Below, one piece after another: positions 49,319-59,884 of a stretch of 64,000 bases of DNA. Each line of letters opens with the position of its first letter. Position 1 is the stretch's first letter. Source of the stretch: an uncultured Nitrospiraceae bacterium. GTDB taxonomy: Bacteria > Nitrospirota > Nitrospiria > Nitrospirales > Nitrospiraceae. Where the stretch lies: NCBI GenBank assembly GCA_963730935.1, contig CAVSTP010000004.1:960001-1024000 (forward strand), given 5' to 3'. Below the pieces are notes generated by a model. The model made no database searches, was not told the origin of the DNA, and worked only from the letters and a program-made list of their open reading frames with translations. Both the position numbers and the translations under genes were made by a program.

Positions 49319-50974
49319 ATGGAGAACAACGCGACAATCGGGTCTGCCGTGATCGATCGGCTGTATCAGCTGGGCGTGCGCCACATTTTCGGCATTCCCG
49401 GCGACTACGTCCTCAGCCTGTACCAGCTCATTGAACGCTCTCCCATCCGCCACATCGGGACGACTCGTGAGGATTGCGCCGGATTCGCTGCCGATGCCTA
49501 CGCACGGATCAATGGCATCGGCGCCGCCTGCGTCACCTACTGTGTCGGCGGGCTGAACTGCGTCAATGCGATCGCCTGTGCGTACGCCGAACGTTCTCCG
49601 GTCGTCCTTCTGACCGGTTCCCCCGGGCTTTCGGAACGCGTACGCATGCCGTACATGCACCACATGGTGCGGGACTTTTCGACGCAACGGGAGGTCTTTG
49701 AGCGCATGACGGTGGCCTCGGTGTCGCTCGACGATCCAACGACCGCCGAGCGTGAGATGGACCGTGCATTTGCCGCTCTCCTGCGGTACCGACGCCCGAT
49801 TTACATCGAAATCCCTCGCGATCTCGTCCACACGACTCTGCACCATCCACTTCGGCCACTGTGCCTCAACGACGAACCAAGTGATCCCGCCGCCCTGGAA
49901 GAAGCAATGGGAGAGGTGCGGGCCATGCTGGCCTCCGCCAAACGGCCAGCCGTGCTGGCCGGCGCTGAAATCGGACGCTTCGGGCTTCAGGATGATTTGA
50001 CGCGGCTCGTCGAGCGCTTGAAAATCCCGATCGCCTCCACCCTGCTCGGCAAATCCGTCATCCGCGAAGATCACCCCCTCTATGTCGGAGTCTACGGGGG
50101 ACTCATCGCGCGTGATGAGGTTCAGCAGTTCATCAACGATTCGGATTGTCTGTTAATCCTGGGATCGATCTTATCCGACCTCGATGACCTCGATGCCGAC
50201 TCTCCCTTACGTTCCGAGGGCCGTACCATCCACGCAACCGCCGATCATGTCAGTATTCGACACCATCGATACGACACCATCCGGTTTCAGGACTTTGTTC
50301 AGGCCTTGGGAACGCATGGTCTCTCCGCCCAGTCGTCACGGCCGCTGCCTCCCCCGCTGGCCATCGATGGATCTGCTCCCGCCCCGGACGCGCGGGTGAC
50401 GTTGAGAGGACTGTTCAGGCACTTGGACCAACAGCTGGGCCAGACGACGCTCGTCATTGCGGACGTCGGAGAGTCGTTGTTTGCCGCCGCAGACCTCCAC
50501 GTGCACCGGCGGTTTGAATTTCTCTCGCCGGCCTATTACACGTCGATGGGTTTCGCCGTGCCTGCATCAATCGGCGCCTCCTTCGCTGATCCGACGCTTC
50601 GTCCCATCGTGTTGGTCGGCGATGGCGCGTTTCAGATGACGGGATCGGAGCTCTCGACTGCGGTGCGCTATAAGCAGTCACCGATCGTGATTGTGCTGAA
50701 CAATCGCGGATATTCGACCGAACGTGAAATTCTCGAAGGACCCTTCAACGACCTTCACGACTGGCACTACGAACGGATCTGCGATTTGATCGGCGGAGGC
50801 ATCGGCGTCGTGATCCGAACGCAGCAGCAGTTTGAGCAGACGTTGGCGAAAGCCTTGGCCGATTCCGGTCAGATCTACGTCCTGAACGTGCTGCTAGATC
50901 CGGCTGACCGCTCGCCGGGCATGATCCGTCTGGCTCATCGCCTGGCCAAACGCCTTTCCACCGACCGCCCGTAA
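49319..50974 (+). CDS. ThDP-dependent alpha-keto acid (indolepyruvate/pyruvate) decarboxylase
   Basis: FGIPGDY, ADAYAR, GDGAFQMT..LNNRGY. Confidence 0.92.
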   Translation: MENNATIGSAVIDRLYQLGVRHIFGIPGDYVLSLYQLIERSPIRHIGTTREDCAGFAADAYARINGIGAACVTYCVGGLNCVNAIACAYAERSPVVLLTGSPGLSERVRMPYMHHMVRDFSTQREVFERMTVASVSLDDPTTAEREMDRAFAALLRYRRPIYIEIPRDLVHTTLHHPLRPLCLNDEPSDPAALEEAMGEVRAMLASAKRPAVLAGAEIGRFGLQDDLTRLVERLKIPIASTLLGKSVIREDHPLYVGVYGGLIARDEVQQFINDSDCLLILGSILSDLDDLDADSPLRSEGRTIHATADHVSIRHHRYDTIRFQDFVQALGTHGLSAQSSRPLPPPLAIDGSAPAPDARVTLRGLFRHLDQQLGQTTLVIADVGESLFAAADLHVHRRFEFLSPAYYTSMGFAVPASIGASFADPTLRPIVLVGDGAFQMTGSELSTAVRYKQSPIVIVLNNRGYSTEREILEGPFNDLHDWHYERICDLIGGGIGVVIRTQQQFEQTLAKALADSGQIYVLNVLLDPADRSPGMIRLAHRLAKRLSTDRP

Positions 50975-51258
50975 CCCTGCCTTTACCCAAACCGCCCATG
51001 TAGGGGTGAAGGCTTTTCCCATCACTTTCCGGCCTCGAGCTAGCCGCCCATCAAGGGCTGGACGTACAGTTTCGAGTAAGTACTTAGTGGCACGCCATGT
51101 GCACTCCCAAGATTTCCAATCGGGAGAACCCGGACGCTCGACGAGTGTCGGATCCTCCATCGGCTCGGCTTGAGCGAGGTGGACGATCTTCGCCTTTGGT
51201 GATGATGCAGAAACTAGTCACGGGATACGCGGTCACGGAGTGGCTCACGGAGCCTTCT

Positions 51259-52116
51259 ATGCCGCATTACGTCGTGTTTGTCGACCTGGACGGTACGCTG
51301 TTGGATACAGGCACCGCCACATGGGAAGCCGCAGCGCCGGCGCTGCAGGCGTTACGCAGCTACGGCATTCCGCTGATTCTGGTGTCCAGCAAGACCAGAG
51401 CCGAGCTTGAGCCGCTTCGACGACGGCTGCAGCATCAGGACCCTTTCATTGCGGAGAACGGCGCCGCCGTCTTTGTGCCGCAGGGTTTGTTCACGTTTCC
51501 CCTAGAACGTGTGCGTACGAAAGCCTCGTACGACGTGATCGAGCTGGGGATGCCCTATCACATGTTGCGCGATGTGCTCAAACAGATCGAAGACGCCGTC
51601 GAGACGCCGCTCCATGGTTTCGGCGACCTGTCTGTCGATGACATCATGCAGGTCACCGGTCTCTGCCGTGCCGATGCGACGTTGGCCACGATGCGGGAGT
51701 ATGACGAACCGTTCCTACTCCAAGGGCCGCAGACGCTGGTGGAAGAAGTCTGCCGGCAGATCGTCACACGAGGGTTGCGGTGGACGAAGGCCGGGGGGCT
51801 CTTTCATTTGACCGGAGATAATGACAAGGGAGAGGCCGCTGAAATTCTGATGCGCTGCTATCAGCGCGAACAGCGGCTGAGATTTCAGCCGCGCCCGGTG
51901 GAAAGTGTCGGGATCGGGGACAGCATCACTGATGTTCCGCTGCTGGCGGCTGTCGACCATCCCATTCTCGTGCAGAGACCCGACGGTTCCTTTGATACGG
52001 ATGTCCTTCTCCCTCGGCTCGTGCGCACCCGGGGCATCGGACCCGCAGGTTGGAACGACGCAATGCTGCGGCTGCTGAGGCATAGCTTCTCAGCTGAAAT
52101 GGGTTTGGCAAGCTGA
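51259..52116 (+). CDS. Mannosyl-3-phosphoglycerate phosphatase family (HAD IIB)
   Basis: DLDGTLL, SSKTRAE, AENG, REYDEPF, GDSITDVP, GPAGW. Confidence 0.85.
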   Translation: MPHYVVFVDLDGTLLDTGTATWEAAAPALQALRSYGIPLILVSSKTRAELEPLRRRLQHQDPFIAENGAAVFVPQGLFTFPLERVRTKASYDVIELGMPYHMLRDVLKQIEDAVETPLHGFGDLSVDDIMQVTGLCRADATLATMREYDEPFLLQGPQTLVEEVCRQIVTRGLRWTKAGGLFHLTGDNDKGEAAEILMRCYQREQRLRFQPRPVESVGIGDSITDVPLLAAVDHPILVQRPDGSFDTDVLLPRLVRTRGIGPAGWNDAMLRLLRHSFSAEMGLAS

Positions 52117-52144
52117 ACACGTCCAGCTCTCAAAAGAGAGCCGG

Positions 52145-52348
52145 CTAACCTTTTTGTGGACCCCCCTTCGAAGCAAAGACGGTCGCGTCACAGGCCAGAT
52201 ACTTGATCTGCTTCATGGGCACGATGATCACTTCTTTCGCCGAATCCACCTCGAGAACTTCCATATCGTCGCTGATGGTATGCCTGATCGCATCCTTCAC
52301 GACCAGTTCTTGGTTATCGACGAACACGATCTTCACCCAATATTGCAC
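52145..52348 (-). CDS. Small hypothetical protein (GTG start)
   Basis: AAGGAGAAGG RBS before VQYWVKIVF. Confidence 0.7.
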   Translation of the reverse strand: MQYWVKIVFVDNQELVVKDAIRHTISDDMEVLEVDSAKEVIIVPMKQIKYLACDATVFASKGGPQKG

Positions 52349-52364
52349 GTTGTCCTTCTCCTTG

Positions 52365-53183
52365 TTAGAGACCTGCCCCCAGCTCGTGTGATCGCTGCGC
52401 GGCGGCCTCGACTGCCGACAGCAATGCGGCCCGCAAACCGCCGCGCTCCAACTCATGCAGACCGGCGATCGACGTACCGCCCGGTGAGGCCACGCGGTCT
52501 TTGAGGACGCCGGGGTGCTCATGAGAATTCAACACAAGGCGTGCCGCCCCTGAGACCGTTTGCGCGGCCAAGAGTTGGGCCGTCTCACGGGGTAATCCCA
52601 TTTTCACGCCACCGTCCGCCAGTGCCTCGATCAGGACAAAGACATAAGCGGGTCCGCTTCCGCTCAACCCGGTCACCGCATCCATCCATCGCTCTTCCAC
52701 TTTGACCACCTGTCCGATCGATTCAAATAATGTCCGAGCAACAGTGGAATCGCGCGGGGGCAACCGTTCTTCATAGGCCACGGCAGTCAGACCCTGCCTG
52801 ACCAGAGACGGCGTATTCGGCATTGAACGAACAATCCTGTGGACCCCGGGCAGATGACAGGCAATACGAGCGATCGGGTAGCCTGCTGCGACCGAAACGA
52901 TCAAGGTGTCAGGATCCACCGCTCCGGCGATTTCGGCCAGGACATCGTCAAGAATCTGCGGTTCCACCGCAAGAACTAGGAGGTCAGCCTTCTGTGCTAC
53001 GGCCGGATTGCTGGCAAATGTTTGGATGTTATAGGTGTGGCGAAGCCACTTCAGCCGCGACTCGTCGATATCTGACGCGAGCAGCTGGGCCGGGAGTAGC
53101 CACTCCGCATGCAGGAGGCCTGCGATCAGCGCTTGAGCCATGTTCCCCGCGCCGATAAAGCCTATCGTGCAGTCCGACAGCAT
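52365..53183 (-). CDS. proC: Pyrroline-5-carboxylate reductase
   Basis: GFIGAGNMA, RSMPNTP, GLSGSGPAY, VASPGGTS. Confidence 0.97.
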   Translation of the reverse strand: MLSDCTIGFIGAGNMAQALIAGLLHAEWLLPAQLLASDIDESRLKWLRHTYNIQTFASNPAVAQKADLLVLAVEPQILDDVLAEIAGAVDPDTLIVSVAAGYPIARIACHLPGVHRIVRSMPNTPSLVRQGLTAVAYEERLPPRDSTVARTLFESIGQVVKVEERWMDAVTGLSGSGPAYVFVLIEALADGGVKMGLPRETAQLLAAQTVSGAARLVLNSHEHPGVLKDRVASPGGTSIAGLHELERGGLRAALLSAVEAAAQRSHELGAGL

Positions 53184-53331
53184 GCGGGGCGCATTATACT
53201 GTCGGCCTCCTAAGCGCTTCAACGTGGAACTTGCCCATATCAATGGCTCTTCGGTAGAGTGATATCCATCGATTCTGAGCATTTATCACTATCAAATCAT
53301 ATTGATCATCGCTCGATGATGGGAGGCAGTC

Positions 53332-54405
53332 ATGAAGCAGTTGGCGCTCTCGAGTCTCGCGCTCATCGCAGTGCTCGTCTCACCCAGTTGGGCCCGCCAG
53401 GAATCGCTTACACCCGAGGAAAAGCAGAAGCTTGAAAAGATTGACAAGGTGCTGATCGAAGTCATCGCCCTGTCCGACAAGGGAACGACGGATGCCGGTC
53501 CCTTTAGAGAGGTGATCACGAAACGCCTGCAGGAATTCGGCTATACGGTCGTGACCGATCCGGCTCAACCCCACGATGTGACGTTCAACGTCAAGTGCGA
53601 ACAGCACAAGATCTGGGAAGGCACGACCAAAATGGGCAGTGATGCGGACCTTCCCGATTCCCCCTCGCGGCTCTGGAAGGGCCCAGCCTGCCAGCTTTCC
53701 TATGTCTTGGACGGCAAGAAGATGCCGTGGCGAAAAGAGGTCCGGACCGATTTCGTGGACGCGCAGAAGGCAGCCGAAGCCACCCATGCCGGAGATCCGT
53801 CTGATTACGCGATGAGCAAGTTGAAGGAACGGCTGGAGGACTATGACTTTCCCGCTCTGATCACGGCCGAGTGGGGGCAAGAAGAGCGCCTGTTCAAAGT
53901 ATACGACTCTCCCGCCACTCCGCCCGCGAGGAAAGTGCGACTGATTGGATTATTCGGCTACCTCTTCGAGCCCAAAGCCGTCCCCCGTCTGGTTACTGCG
54001 CTCAAAGGCAGCGACATCGAAATGGCGAAGGCGTCGGCGCTGGCACTCGGCAACATCGGGCAGAAAGACACGGTTCCCATCCTCATCGACACGATGAAGA
54101 ACGGGAAACCTGAGTTGCGGCCGTCGGCTGCCAAAGCGTTGGGCGTGTTGGGAGCGCTGCATGGCGATTTTACGATCGTGGATCCCCTGCTCGAAACATT
54201 GAAGACGGACGACGTCGCGTTGAAAACCGAGGTCGCCTGGGCCCTCGGCAAATTGCCCGATCGAAAGGCCTACGAACCTCTCTATACGTTGCAGAAGTCG
54301 CTGCATCAGGTCCGCGACAACGACGCCGATCCCAAACTGGTCAAATTGAAGGAAGCCGTCAACTGGTCCATTAAGCAGATCGACACGTGGGAGTATCTGC
54401 AGTAG
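53332..54405 (+). CDS. Exported HEAT-repeat protein
   Basis: Signal peptide; repeated ALALGNIG/AKALGVLG/AWALGKL. Confidence 0.85.
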   Translation: MKQLALSSLALIAVLVSPSWARQESLTPEEKQKLEKIDKVLIEVIALSDKGTTDAGPFREVITKRLQEFGYTVVTDPAQPHDVTFNVKCEQHKIWEGTTKMGSDADLPDSPSRLWKGPACQLSYVLDGKKMPWRKEVRTDFVDAQKAAEATHAGDPSDYAMSKLKERLEDYDFPALITAEWGQEERLFKVYDSPATPPARKVRLIGLFGYLFEPKAVPRLVTALKGSDIEMAKASALALGNIGQKDTVPILIDTMKNGKPELRPSAAKALGVLGALHGDFTIVDPLLETLKTDDVALKTEVAWALGKLPDRKAYEPLYTLQKSLHQVRDNDADPKLVKLKEAVNWSIKQIDTWEYLQ

Positions 54406-54412
54406 GACATCT

Positions 54413-54953
54413 GTGAGCCCGATCGTTCACCGAGCAGTCATGCTGAAACCGATCGTGTGCCTCATCGGATGTACGATTTCGGCAATTACCTGGTGCGCAG
54501 GGCCCGGCTGGACGCAAACCATCGGGGACGAAGCGGAGCTCGAGCGGCTGCGGGTGAAGGCGAAAGACGCCATGGCCAGCGACGATCCTGAGGGCGCAGC
54601 CATGGCGATGGGCCGTGCGGCGATGATGGCCAAACGGCTGAGCCTGGTGAATCGAAACGACGGCACCTCGGCGCGCCTCTACCAAGGCGCCGAATCGCTG
54701 TTTCGTTCCCAGGAACACGGCTATCGGGCCATGGCCCTATTCAGGCGGGCGGGCGGGCAACTGCCGGCATCCTCAGGGGTCTGCGGCAGCCTGGCATTGG
54801 CTCAAGGCAGCGTCCAACATGCCCTCTCCGATCTGGCCCGCCGGGGACTCTCCGCCGGAGGCATTGATGGAGCGGGCGAAGCACTGGCGCGAGACCGCGG
54901 ACGACTGGATCACGGTCGTGGCGGCCATGATCGCCGACTACCAATGTCCGTGA
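54413..54953 (+). CDS. Exported hypothetical protein, apparent frameshift near 54840
   Basis: Alternate frame DSPPEALMERAKHWRETADDWITVVAAMIADYQCP* ends cleanly before vapC. Confidence 0.6.
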
Positions 54954-54956
54954 CGG

Positions 54957-55400
54957 CTAATCCTCCTCGGGATTGATAATGTGCAGGCCTGCCGTTTTGC
55001 TCGCGGTCAACAGCTGGGTATCGGCACTTACCACGGTGAGGCGAAGCGGCTTCAGCTCAAGGGCCAGGGCCAAGTGCAGCACTTGCTGTGTCCGCAGTCC
55101 CGGATATTCCATCATCAGCTCTTTCGTCGAAAGATAAGTCTCCATCGTCGGCACGATGAATTGAAACAATCCTTCCGCCGATTCCCGCTCGAACTTGTGA
55201 ATGACCGAGTAGCAATCATCTCTGGTCAGTTCGCCTTGCTGTGCTCGATTCGAAAACGCGGAATATAATTCGGTGACGGTCCAGGTCGGAAGAATGGCCA
55301 CCTTGCCGCGCTTCACCATCAACTTGTTCACGATCCTGGTGCCGCGCTCCATGCTGTAGCGCTTGACTAGCGCCGTCGAATCGAAATAGTAATAGGGCAT
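54957..55400 (-). CDS. PIN-domain (VapC-like) protein
   Basis: YFDSTALVKRY..E.G, TELYSA, VSAD..L. Confidence 0.85.
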   Translation of the reverse strand: MPYYYFDSTALVKRYSMERGTRIVNKLMVKRGKVAILPTWTVTELYSAFSNRAQQGELTRDDCYSVIHKFERESAEGLFQFIVPTMETYLSTKELMMEYPGLRTQQVLHLALALELKPLRLTVVSADTQLLTASKTAGLHIINPEED

Positions 55401-55403
55401 GGA

Positions 55404-55667
55404 TCAGGCCCTCCCTTTGAGGATCACCGCGGCCAGCGGCCCCGGCATTTTCGAGAGCCTGTCTTGTAGCTCATCCAACGGCACTTCCTCATAGCCCTCC
55501 CGCCGCAGCTTGTCCGCCAAATTGCCGGTATTAAAGCCGGCCGTATCGTTTTTCAACCGCTCGTTCAGCCGCCGCTTGGCAAGCCGACTCGGGACTCGTT
55601 GTTGCGTTGCAGTCAATCCCCTGCCGCGGCTCCGTGGCGCACGCCCCCCCTGTTTCAGTCTGCTCAT
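55404..55667 (-). CDS. Putative antitoxin partner of the PIN protein
   Basis: Small basic ORF ending 3 nt upstream of the PIN gene; AGGAGGGGAG RBS. Confidence 0.6.
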   Translation of the reverse strand: MSRLKQGGRAPRSRGRGLTATQQRVPSRLAKRRLNERLKNDTAGFNTGNLADKLRREGYEEVPLDELQDRLSKMPGPLAAVILKGRA

Positions 55668-55700
55668 GCGAGTGCTCTCCCCTCCTTGGATGGTTAATGG

Positions 55701-56852
55701 TTAATGAATTACCGCCGCTGGTTTCCCTTTCACCCCTTCGCGCGGGCACCCCGCCGGACGGATCGCCTCGGCCGGCAGTTCCGATTCTCCATAGACGTGA
55801 GCGGCGATCGCCCTGGCGACATCCGTCGACAAATCCTGCTGCATCACTCTGATGACTTTCGCGGTCGCTTCCCGCTCGGACAAGTGCCCTTCCTTGCCGC
55901 CTTTGGAGATCGCCCCCACGATCTGCTGTTCGGCCAGATTCACCACCTCGAAATCGCTGCACCATCGCACGTACGTGAACTGGGGATCGCGCACATCGAT
56001 CGGCCAGACTCGCACCATCCCTCGGATCAGCAATTCCGGATTGGTATGCGGGTCGGCGGCGCCCGGCTCAGTTCCTGCCGACATGGTTGCGACTCGGAGG
56101 CCCTCCTTGATCAACCCTTCTGTCAAGGCCCGCTGCGCCGGTTCCACATGGTCGCCCGTGACGCTGACCGCCAGCACCAGATTGGACGAGAGGTACTCCT
56201 CCAATTCACGGGTCAGATCCTGGACACGATAGGATGCACCGGTCCCTTGCCCGCTGACGCGGATCACGCGGAGATCCGCATTATAGGTTTCGCGCAGGAC
56301 CAGGTTGTGGGTGGCCCGTCTGAGTGCTCGAACCTTCGCGAGCTTGTCCGCCGTCTGATGAGCCTCTGCGACATCTGTCTGAATGGTATGATCCAGATCG
56401 GCTAAACGTTCCATCAAGGCCGATTCCGCTTGCGCACGATGCATGCCTCCCAGGGCGTAATAGAGATTTCTTTTCGCATCGTACCAGCGGTCGACGATCT
56501 TGGCGTTTTCCAGCACCTTGTCAGTGGACACTCGCGTCAGCTGATCGAGTGCCAGCCGCCGTTCATCGTGGCTCGCGCCCCGCTGTTCCACGACCAGGTA
56601 GGACTCCCAATCCTTGGATTGGGCCGATACCTCCGCCTTGAAAATGCGCGCGAGGGCCGCATAGGCCCGGTCTTCGGCTGCAGCACGATTGTCGGCCTGC
56701 CCGACGCCCGTGAGATATTGTGCGGAGGGATAGTCGGGACTGACGCCGTCGATCCAGCCCGGCTTCGACGGACCGAATGCACATCCGACAAGTAGTACCG
56801 AGCCCAGGAGGACCGCCATCCAGCCGTAGCCTTTGATACACCTGTGTTTCAT
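55701..56852 (-). CDS. LPP20-family lipoprotein
   Basis: Lipobox LVGC; PGW...YLTGVG..AEDRAYAALARIF. Confidence 0.75.
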   Translation of the reverse strand: MKHRCIKGYGWMAVLLGSVLLVGCAFGPSKPGWIDGVSPDYPSAQYLTGVGQADNRAAAEDRAYAALARIFKAEVSAQSKDWESYLVVEQRGASHDERRLALDQLTRVSTDKVLENAKIVDRWYDAKRNLYYALGGMHRAQAESALMERLADLDHTIQTDVAEAHQTADKLAKVRALRRATHNLVLRETYNADLRVIRVSGQGTGASYRVQDLTRELEEYLSSNLVLAVSVTGDHVEPAQRALTEGLIKEGLRVATMSAGTEPGAADPHTNPELLIRGMVRVWPIDVRDPQFTYVRWCSDFEVVNLAEQQIVGAISKGGKEGHLSEREATAKVIRVMQQDLSTDVARAIAAHVYGESELPAEAIRPAGCPREGVKGKPAAVIH

Positions 56853-58324
56853 TGCATCACCCGTTGGATGACGATCGACGTTTCCCCAGCACGCAATGAA
56901 AGCGTTTTCGTCGAGACGCCTGTCCCACTCGCCACTGTGCCCACCCGATAGTCGCCGGGAGACACCCACGTGCGGGCGACGTGGATTTCATCGGGCAATG
57001 TCCGCCAGCTGCGCTTATCAGATTCCTCGGAAGCCACCGCAAACCCTTTGGTCAGAAGACCGACCGCAAGCCCCACCAACGGACCTAGATCTCCTCCGAC
57101 CGCTTGTTGACTGCCGCGCGACGCGCCTTCGGCAAGGCTGTATTTGAACGCTGCCCTAGCCACTGCCTTCACGGCGATGCCTGCGATTCGGTCGGACAGG
57201 GCCTTGTCCGCAAGGGCTGTGACGTTCTGCGCCAGCTCGGTCCGCACGACGACCGGAGCACCCTGTTCCGGCGTAAGGCTAATCGTGTCGACCGGGACCT
57301 GCGTCTTTTGCGGAACGATTTTCGGGAGGGCCACACGCACCACCCGGCCGTTCAGACCATACAACACACTGTCGGTCGCTCGATGTTGTTCGCGATTTCC
57401 TGAACTAAACCCGCGGTTGACGAGCACCAGTGCGAGCGCATCCCCGCTGATCGGCAGGTCAAGAAACTGATCCTCCTTGCGCGGAGCGCGCCCATTATAG
57501 CTGATCACAAGCACTTGAGCGAGCCGTTGCTGCTCCTCAATGCTTTTCCACACCGTGTCCGGGAACAGATGCTGATACTCGGTGAATTCTTGGCTCAGGT
57601 GCAGGGCATCCGCCGTCCGTAAGAGATCGGCATGTAGCTGCGACGGCACTCCGGTTCGCGACCAGGCACGCGATGCATCGAAGGTTTCATACGCTTTGCG
57701 ATAGGCAATAAAGGCATCGTTCAGGTCACCGGCACTTTCATAGAGGATGCCGCTCAGATAGCGCGCGAATCCGTCGTCACGGTAGGCTGCCTTTTCCTTC
57801 GTGCGATCCGCTAGGACGTTCAGACGGTGGTCGATACGCCGCGCCTCGACCAGCGCATCCTGCCAACGGTTCAACGAAGCATAGTTCAAGGCTTTGAGGA
57901 CGTTAATCATGACTTGCTCGTACGGCTCCCCTTCATAGGGCAGACTATTGTCGTTGGTCACGAAGGCCAACGATTCCGTGCGCACGCTTCGGGTGTACAG
58001 ACGGTCCACTTCGTCTTCCGCCTGTTCGAGCACGACGTTGCTCTGCTCGTACTCGCCCGCGAGCTGGAGCGTCATGCCGCGATCCATCCCATACAACACG
58101 CGGCTCTTGGTCCCATACTCGTCTTCGGCCCCCTGGATGATGGCATCCGCCTGCCGGTAATCGTTCTCGAGGAGGCTCTTATCGACCATGACGTAGCGGG
58201 TGCCTGAGGATCCGCAGCCGGTCAGGGTCAGAATGAGGAGGGCCGTGGCGAGACGATAAGCAGAAACACAAACGCCCCACCGTGCCGAAGCATGAGCAGT
58301 GGGGCGTAGAGCAAGAGGCTTCAC
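56849..58324 (-). CDS. COG3014-like TPR lipoprotein
   Basis: Lipobox LTGC; YEGEPYE..KALNY..ALVEARR; DKRSWRTLP; start uncertain. Confidence 0.75.
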   Translation of the reverse strand: MKPLALRPTAHASARWGVCVSAYRLATALLILTLTGCGSSGTRYVMVDKSLLENDYRQADAIIQGAEDEYGTKSRVLYGMDRGMTLQLAGEYEQSNVVLEQAEDEVDRLYTRSVRTESLAFVTNDNSLPYEGEPYEQVMINVLKALNYASLNRWQDALVEARRIDHRLNVLADRTKEKAAYRDDGFARYLSGILYESAGDLNDAFIAYRKAYETFDASRAWSRTGVPSQLHADLLRTADALHLSQEFTEYQHLFPDTVWKSIEEQQRLAQVLVISYNGRAPRKEDQFLDLPISGDALALVLVNRGFSSGNREQHRATDSVLYGLNGRVVRVALPKIVPQKTQVPVDTISLTPEQGAPVVVRTELAQNVTALADKALSDRIAGIAVKAVARAAFKYSLAEGASRGSQQAVGGDLGPLVGLAVGLLTKGFAVASEESDKRSWRTLPDEIHVARTWVSPGDYRVGTVASGTGVSTKTLSLRAGETSIVIQRVMQ

Positions 58325-58340
58325 CGGAATGTGGTGGAGC

Positions 58341-58958
58341 TTAGAAAATGGTGCGTTTCTTTTCGATGACTTTCTTGATCTTTTTTTGACCGAACCACAC
58401 CTTAGCGTTGCTTTCGAGATCGACCATCTGCAGGTCGACCTGATAGAACATGGCCTTCGTCCCGTCGGCCTCGTCGAGAATCGTGGCAATGGTGCCCTTC
58501 ATCATATAATCGGCACCGATCTCCTTGCCCGGAGCCTTCTGCGTGTCCTCCCTGGAGTACATCGCTTGTTCCTTGCGTTCGACACGCACTTCTTCCCGCT
58601 CACTCTTGCCTGCCACGAAGGTGATCTTTTGAGAGTTCGTGAGCTCGCGCTCCAGATCCGTCACAAACGTTTGGACGTTGATGTGCTCGTGACTGTTGTT
58701 CAGCACCGTGCCGACCACCACAACGGGCTGGCGGCGGTTCGTTTGGCTGAAGTTGCTCAACCAGGGATATTCCAGCGCTTCCTTGACCATGGATTCTGCC
58801 ACCATGCGGGAGTCGGTGTCGTTCCAGCGGCCGCTCAAGTCGGTGACGACACCCGCGTCCACACGAGTCACCTTGGTTTCTGCACCACACCCTGCAAGTC
58901 CGGCGAGCAGTAGGACCAGCGCAGCGACTCGGCCGTGTGTTATCTGAAGATTCATCAC
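58341..58958 (-). CDS. lpoB: LpoB-family penicillin-binding protein activator lipoprotein
   Basis: Lipobox LAGC; DLSGRWNDTD, N.SHEHI, GADYMMKGTI. Confidence 0.8.
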   Translation of the reverse strand: MMNLQITHGRVAALVLLLAGLAGCGAETKVTRVDAGVVTDLSGRWNDTDSRMVAESMVKEALEYPWLSNFSQTNRRQPVVVVGTVLNNSHEHINVQTFVTDLERELTNSQKITFVAGKSEREEVRVERKEQAMYSREDTQKAPGKEIGADYMMKGTIATILDEADGTKAMFYQVDLQMVDLESNAKVWFGQKKIKKVIEKKRTIF

Positions 58959-58984
58959 CGGCTCCTTACATGCGTCAATCCCGG

Positions 58985-59551
58985 TTACCGGTTGGCGCGC
59001 TTGTCTTCTTCTTTTTCGAGCCGTTCGAAGAGTTTGTCGGCGTTTTTGCGGACGTAATCCCGCACCTGGGCGTTGAGTTCTTTGGCCTGCTCAAGGTTGT
59101 TCTTCATTTCCTCGAGATTCAACTTCGTCAAGACGTAGTAGGTCCCGGTCTTTTCGTCTTTATACCGTTCAATCGGCCTGACGCCGCTGAGCGTCGTCGT
59201 CGTGACCGTCTTGATCGCGCGTTCGACGTTTTGTTCCTCGGTATTGCGGGTGAAATCACCCGCCGTGGTGGAGGCGGCGTAATCTCGCATGAGATAGCCG
59301 GTGTAGGTTTCGAAGGTCTTGGCAATTTCGGCCCGGGCCCTGTTCTCTGCTGTGTCCCACGCGAGCGGCTCATTCCTGACGCCGGTCACGGAGCCGACGC
59401 CGTAGAACGCTTTGGTGTCTTTGTCGTTGTATGCGCCGGATCCTTGCTTCACCCATTTCGGAGGGCCACCGCATGCAGCGAGCGCCAGCAACAGAACGAG
59501 GGCTATCCCACCACAGGTCACCTTTGAGAAATTCCCTTGTGGCTGATTCAT
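58985..59551 (-). CDS. LPP20-family lipoprotein
   Basis: Lipobox LAAC; PKWV, YGVGS, AENRARAEIA; AAGGAGG RBS. Confidence 0.8.
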   Translation of the reverse strand: MNQPQGNFSKVTCGGIALVLLLALAACGGPPKWVKQGSGAYNDKDTKAFYGVGSVTGVRNEPLAWDTAENRARAEIAKTFETYTGYLMRDYAASTTAGDFTRNTEEQNVERAIKTVTTTTLSGVRPIERYKDEKTGTYYVLTKLNLEEMKNNLEQAKELNAQVRDYVRKNADKLFERLEKEEDKRANR

Positions 59552-59707
59552 GCGACGTCCTCCTTGAAAGTGGTCATGAATACTTACCAGACTTACCTGA
59601 GATGATCGAGAATTGCAGCGAAATTATGCTAACATGCACCCCTCATCCAGTCAACGCAATCGGCGCTCGGAGAAAGGTGTTCATCTGCATGAGGAGGAGG
59701 AAATTTC

Positions 59708-59878
59708 GTGGGTGACGTTCAAATCGACGACGGCATCATCAAGATCGTCAATCTCGAGGTCCAGGATCCAAAAGCCGCCGCAGTGCTCGCGGAATACCCC
59801 CAAATCCGCTGGGCGGAGATCACGAGGCGCGCGCTCAAGATCGGCCTGGGCTACCTGAAGGGGGGAGCAAAAGATTAA
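59708..59878 (+). CDS. 56-aa hypothetical protein (not in ORF track)
   Basis: GAGGAGGAGG RBS; VGDVQIDDGIIKIVNLEVQDPKAAAVLAEYPQIRWAEITRRALKIGLGYLKGGAKD. Confidence 0.7.
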   Translation: MGDVQIDDGIIKIVNLEVQDPKAAAVLAEYPQIRWAEITRRALKIGLGYLKGGAKD

Positions 59879-59884
59879 AAAGAA

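Noticed and set aside
49163..50074. 303-aa minus-strand ORF, and similar long ORFs at 61306, 62073, 62218, 17553, 55704
   Set aside because: Shadow ORFs overlapping well-supported genes in GC-rich DNA
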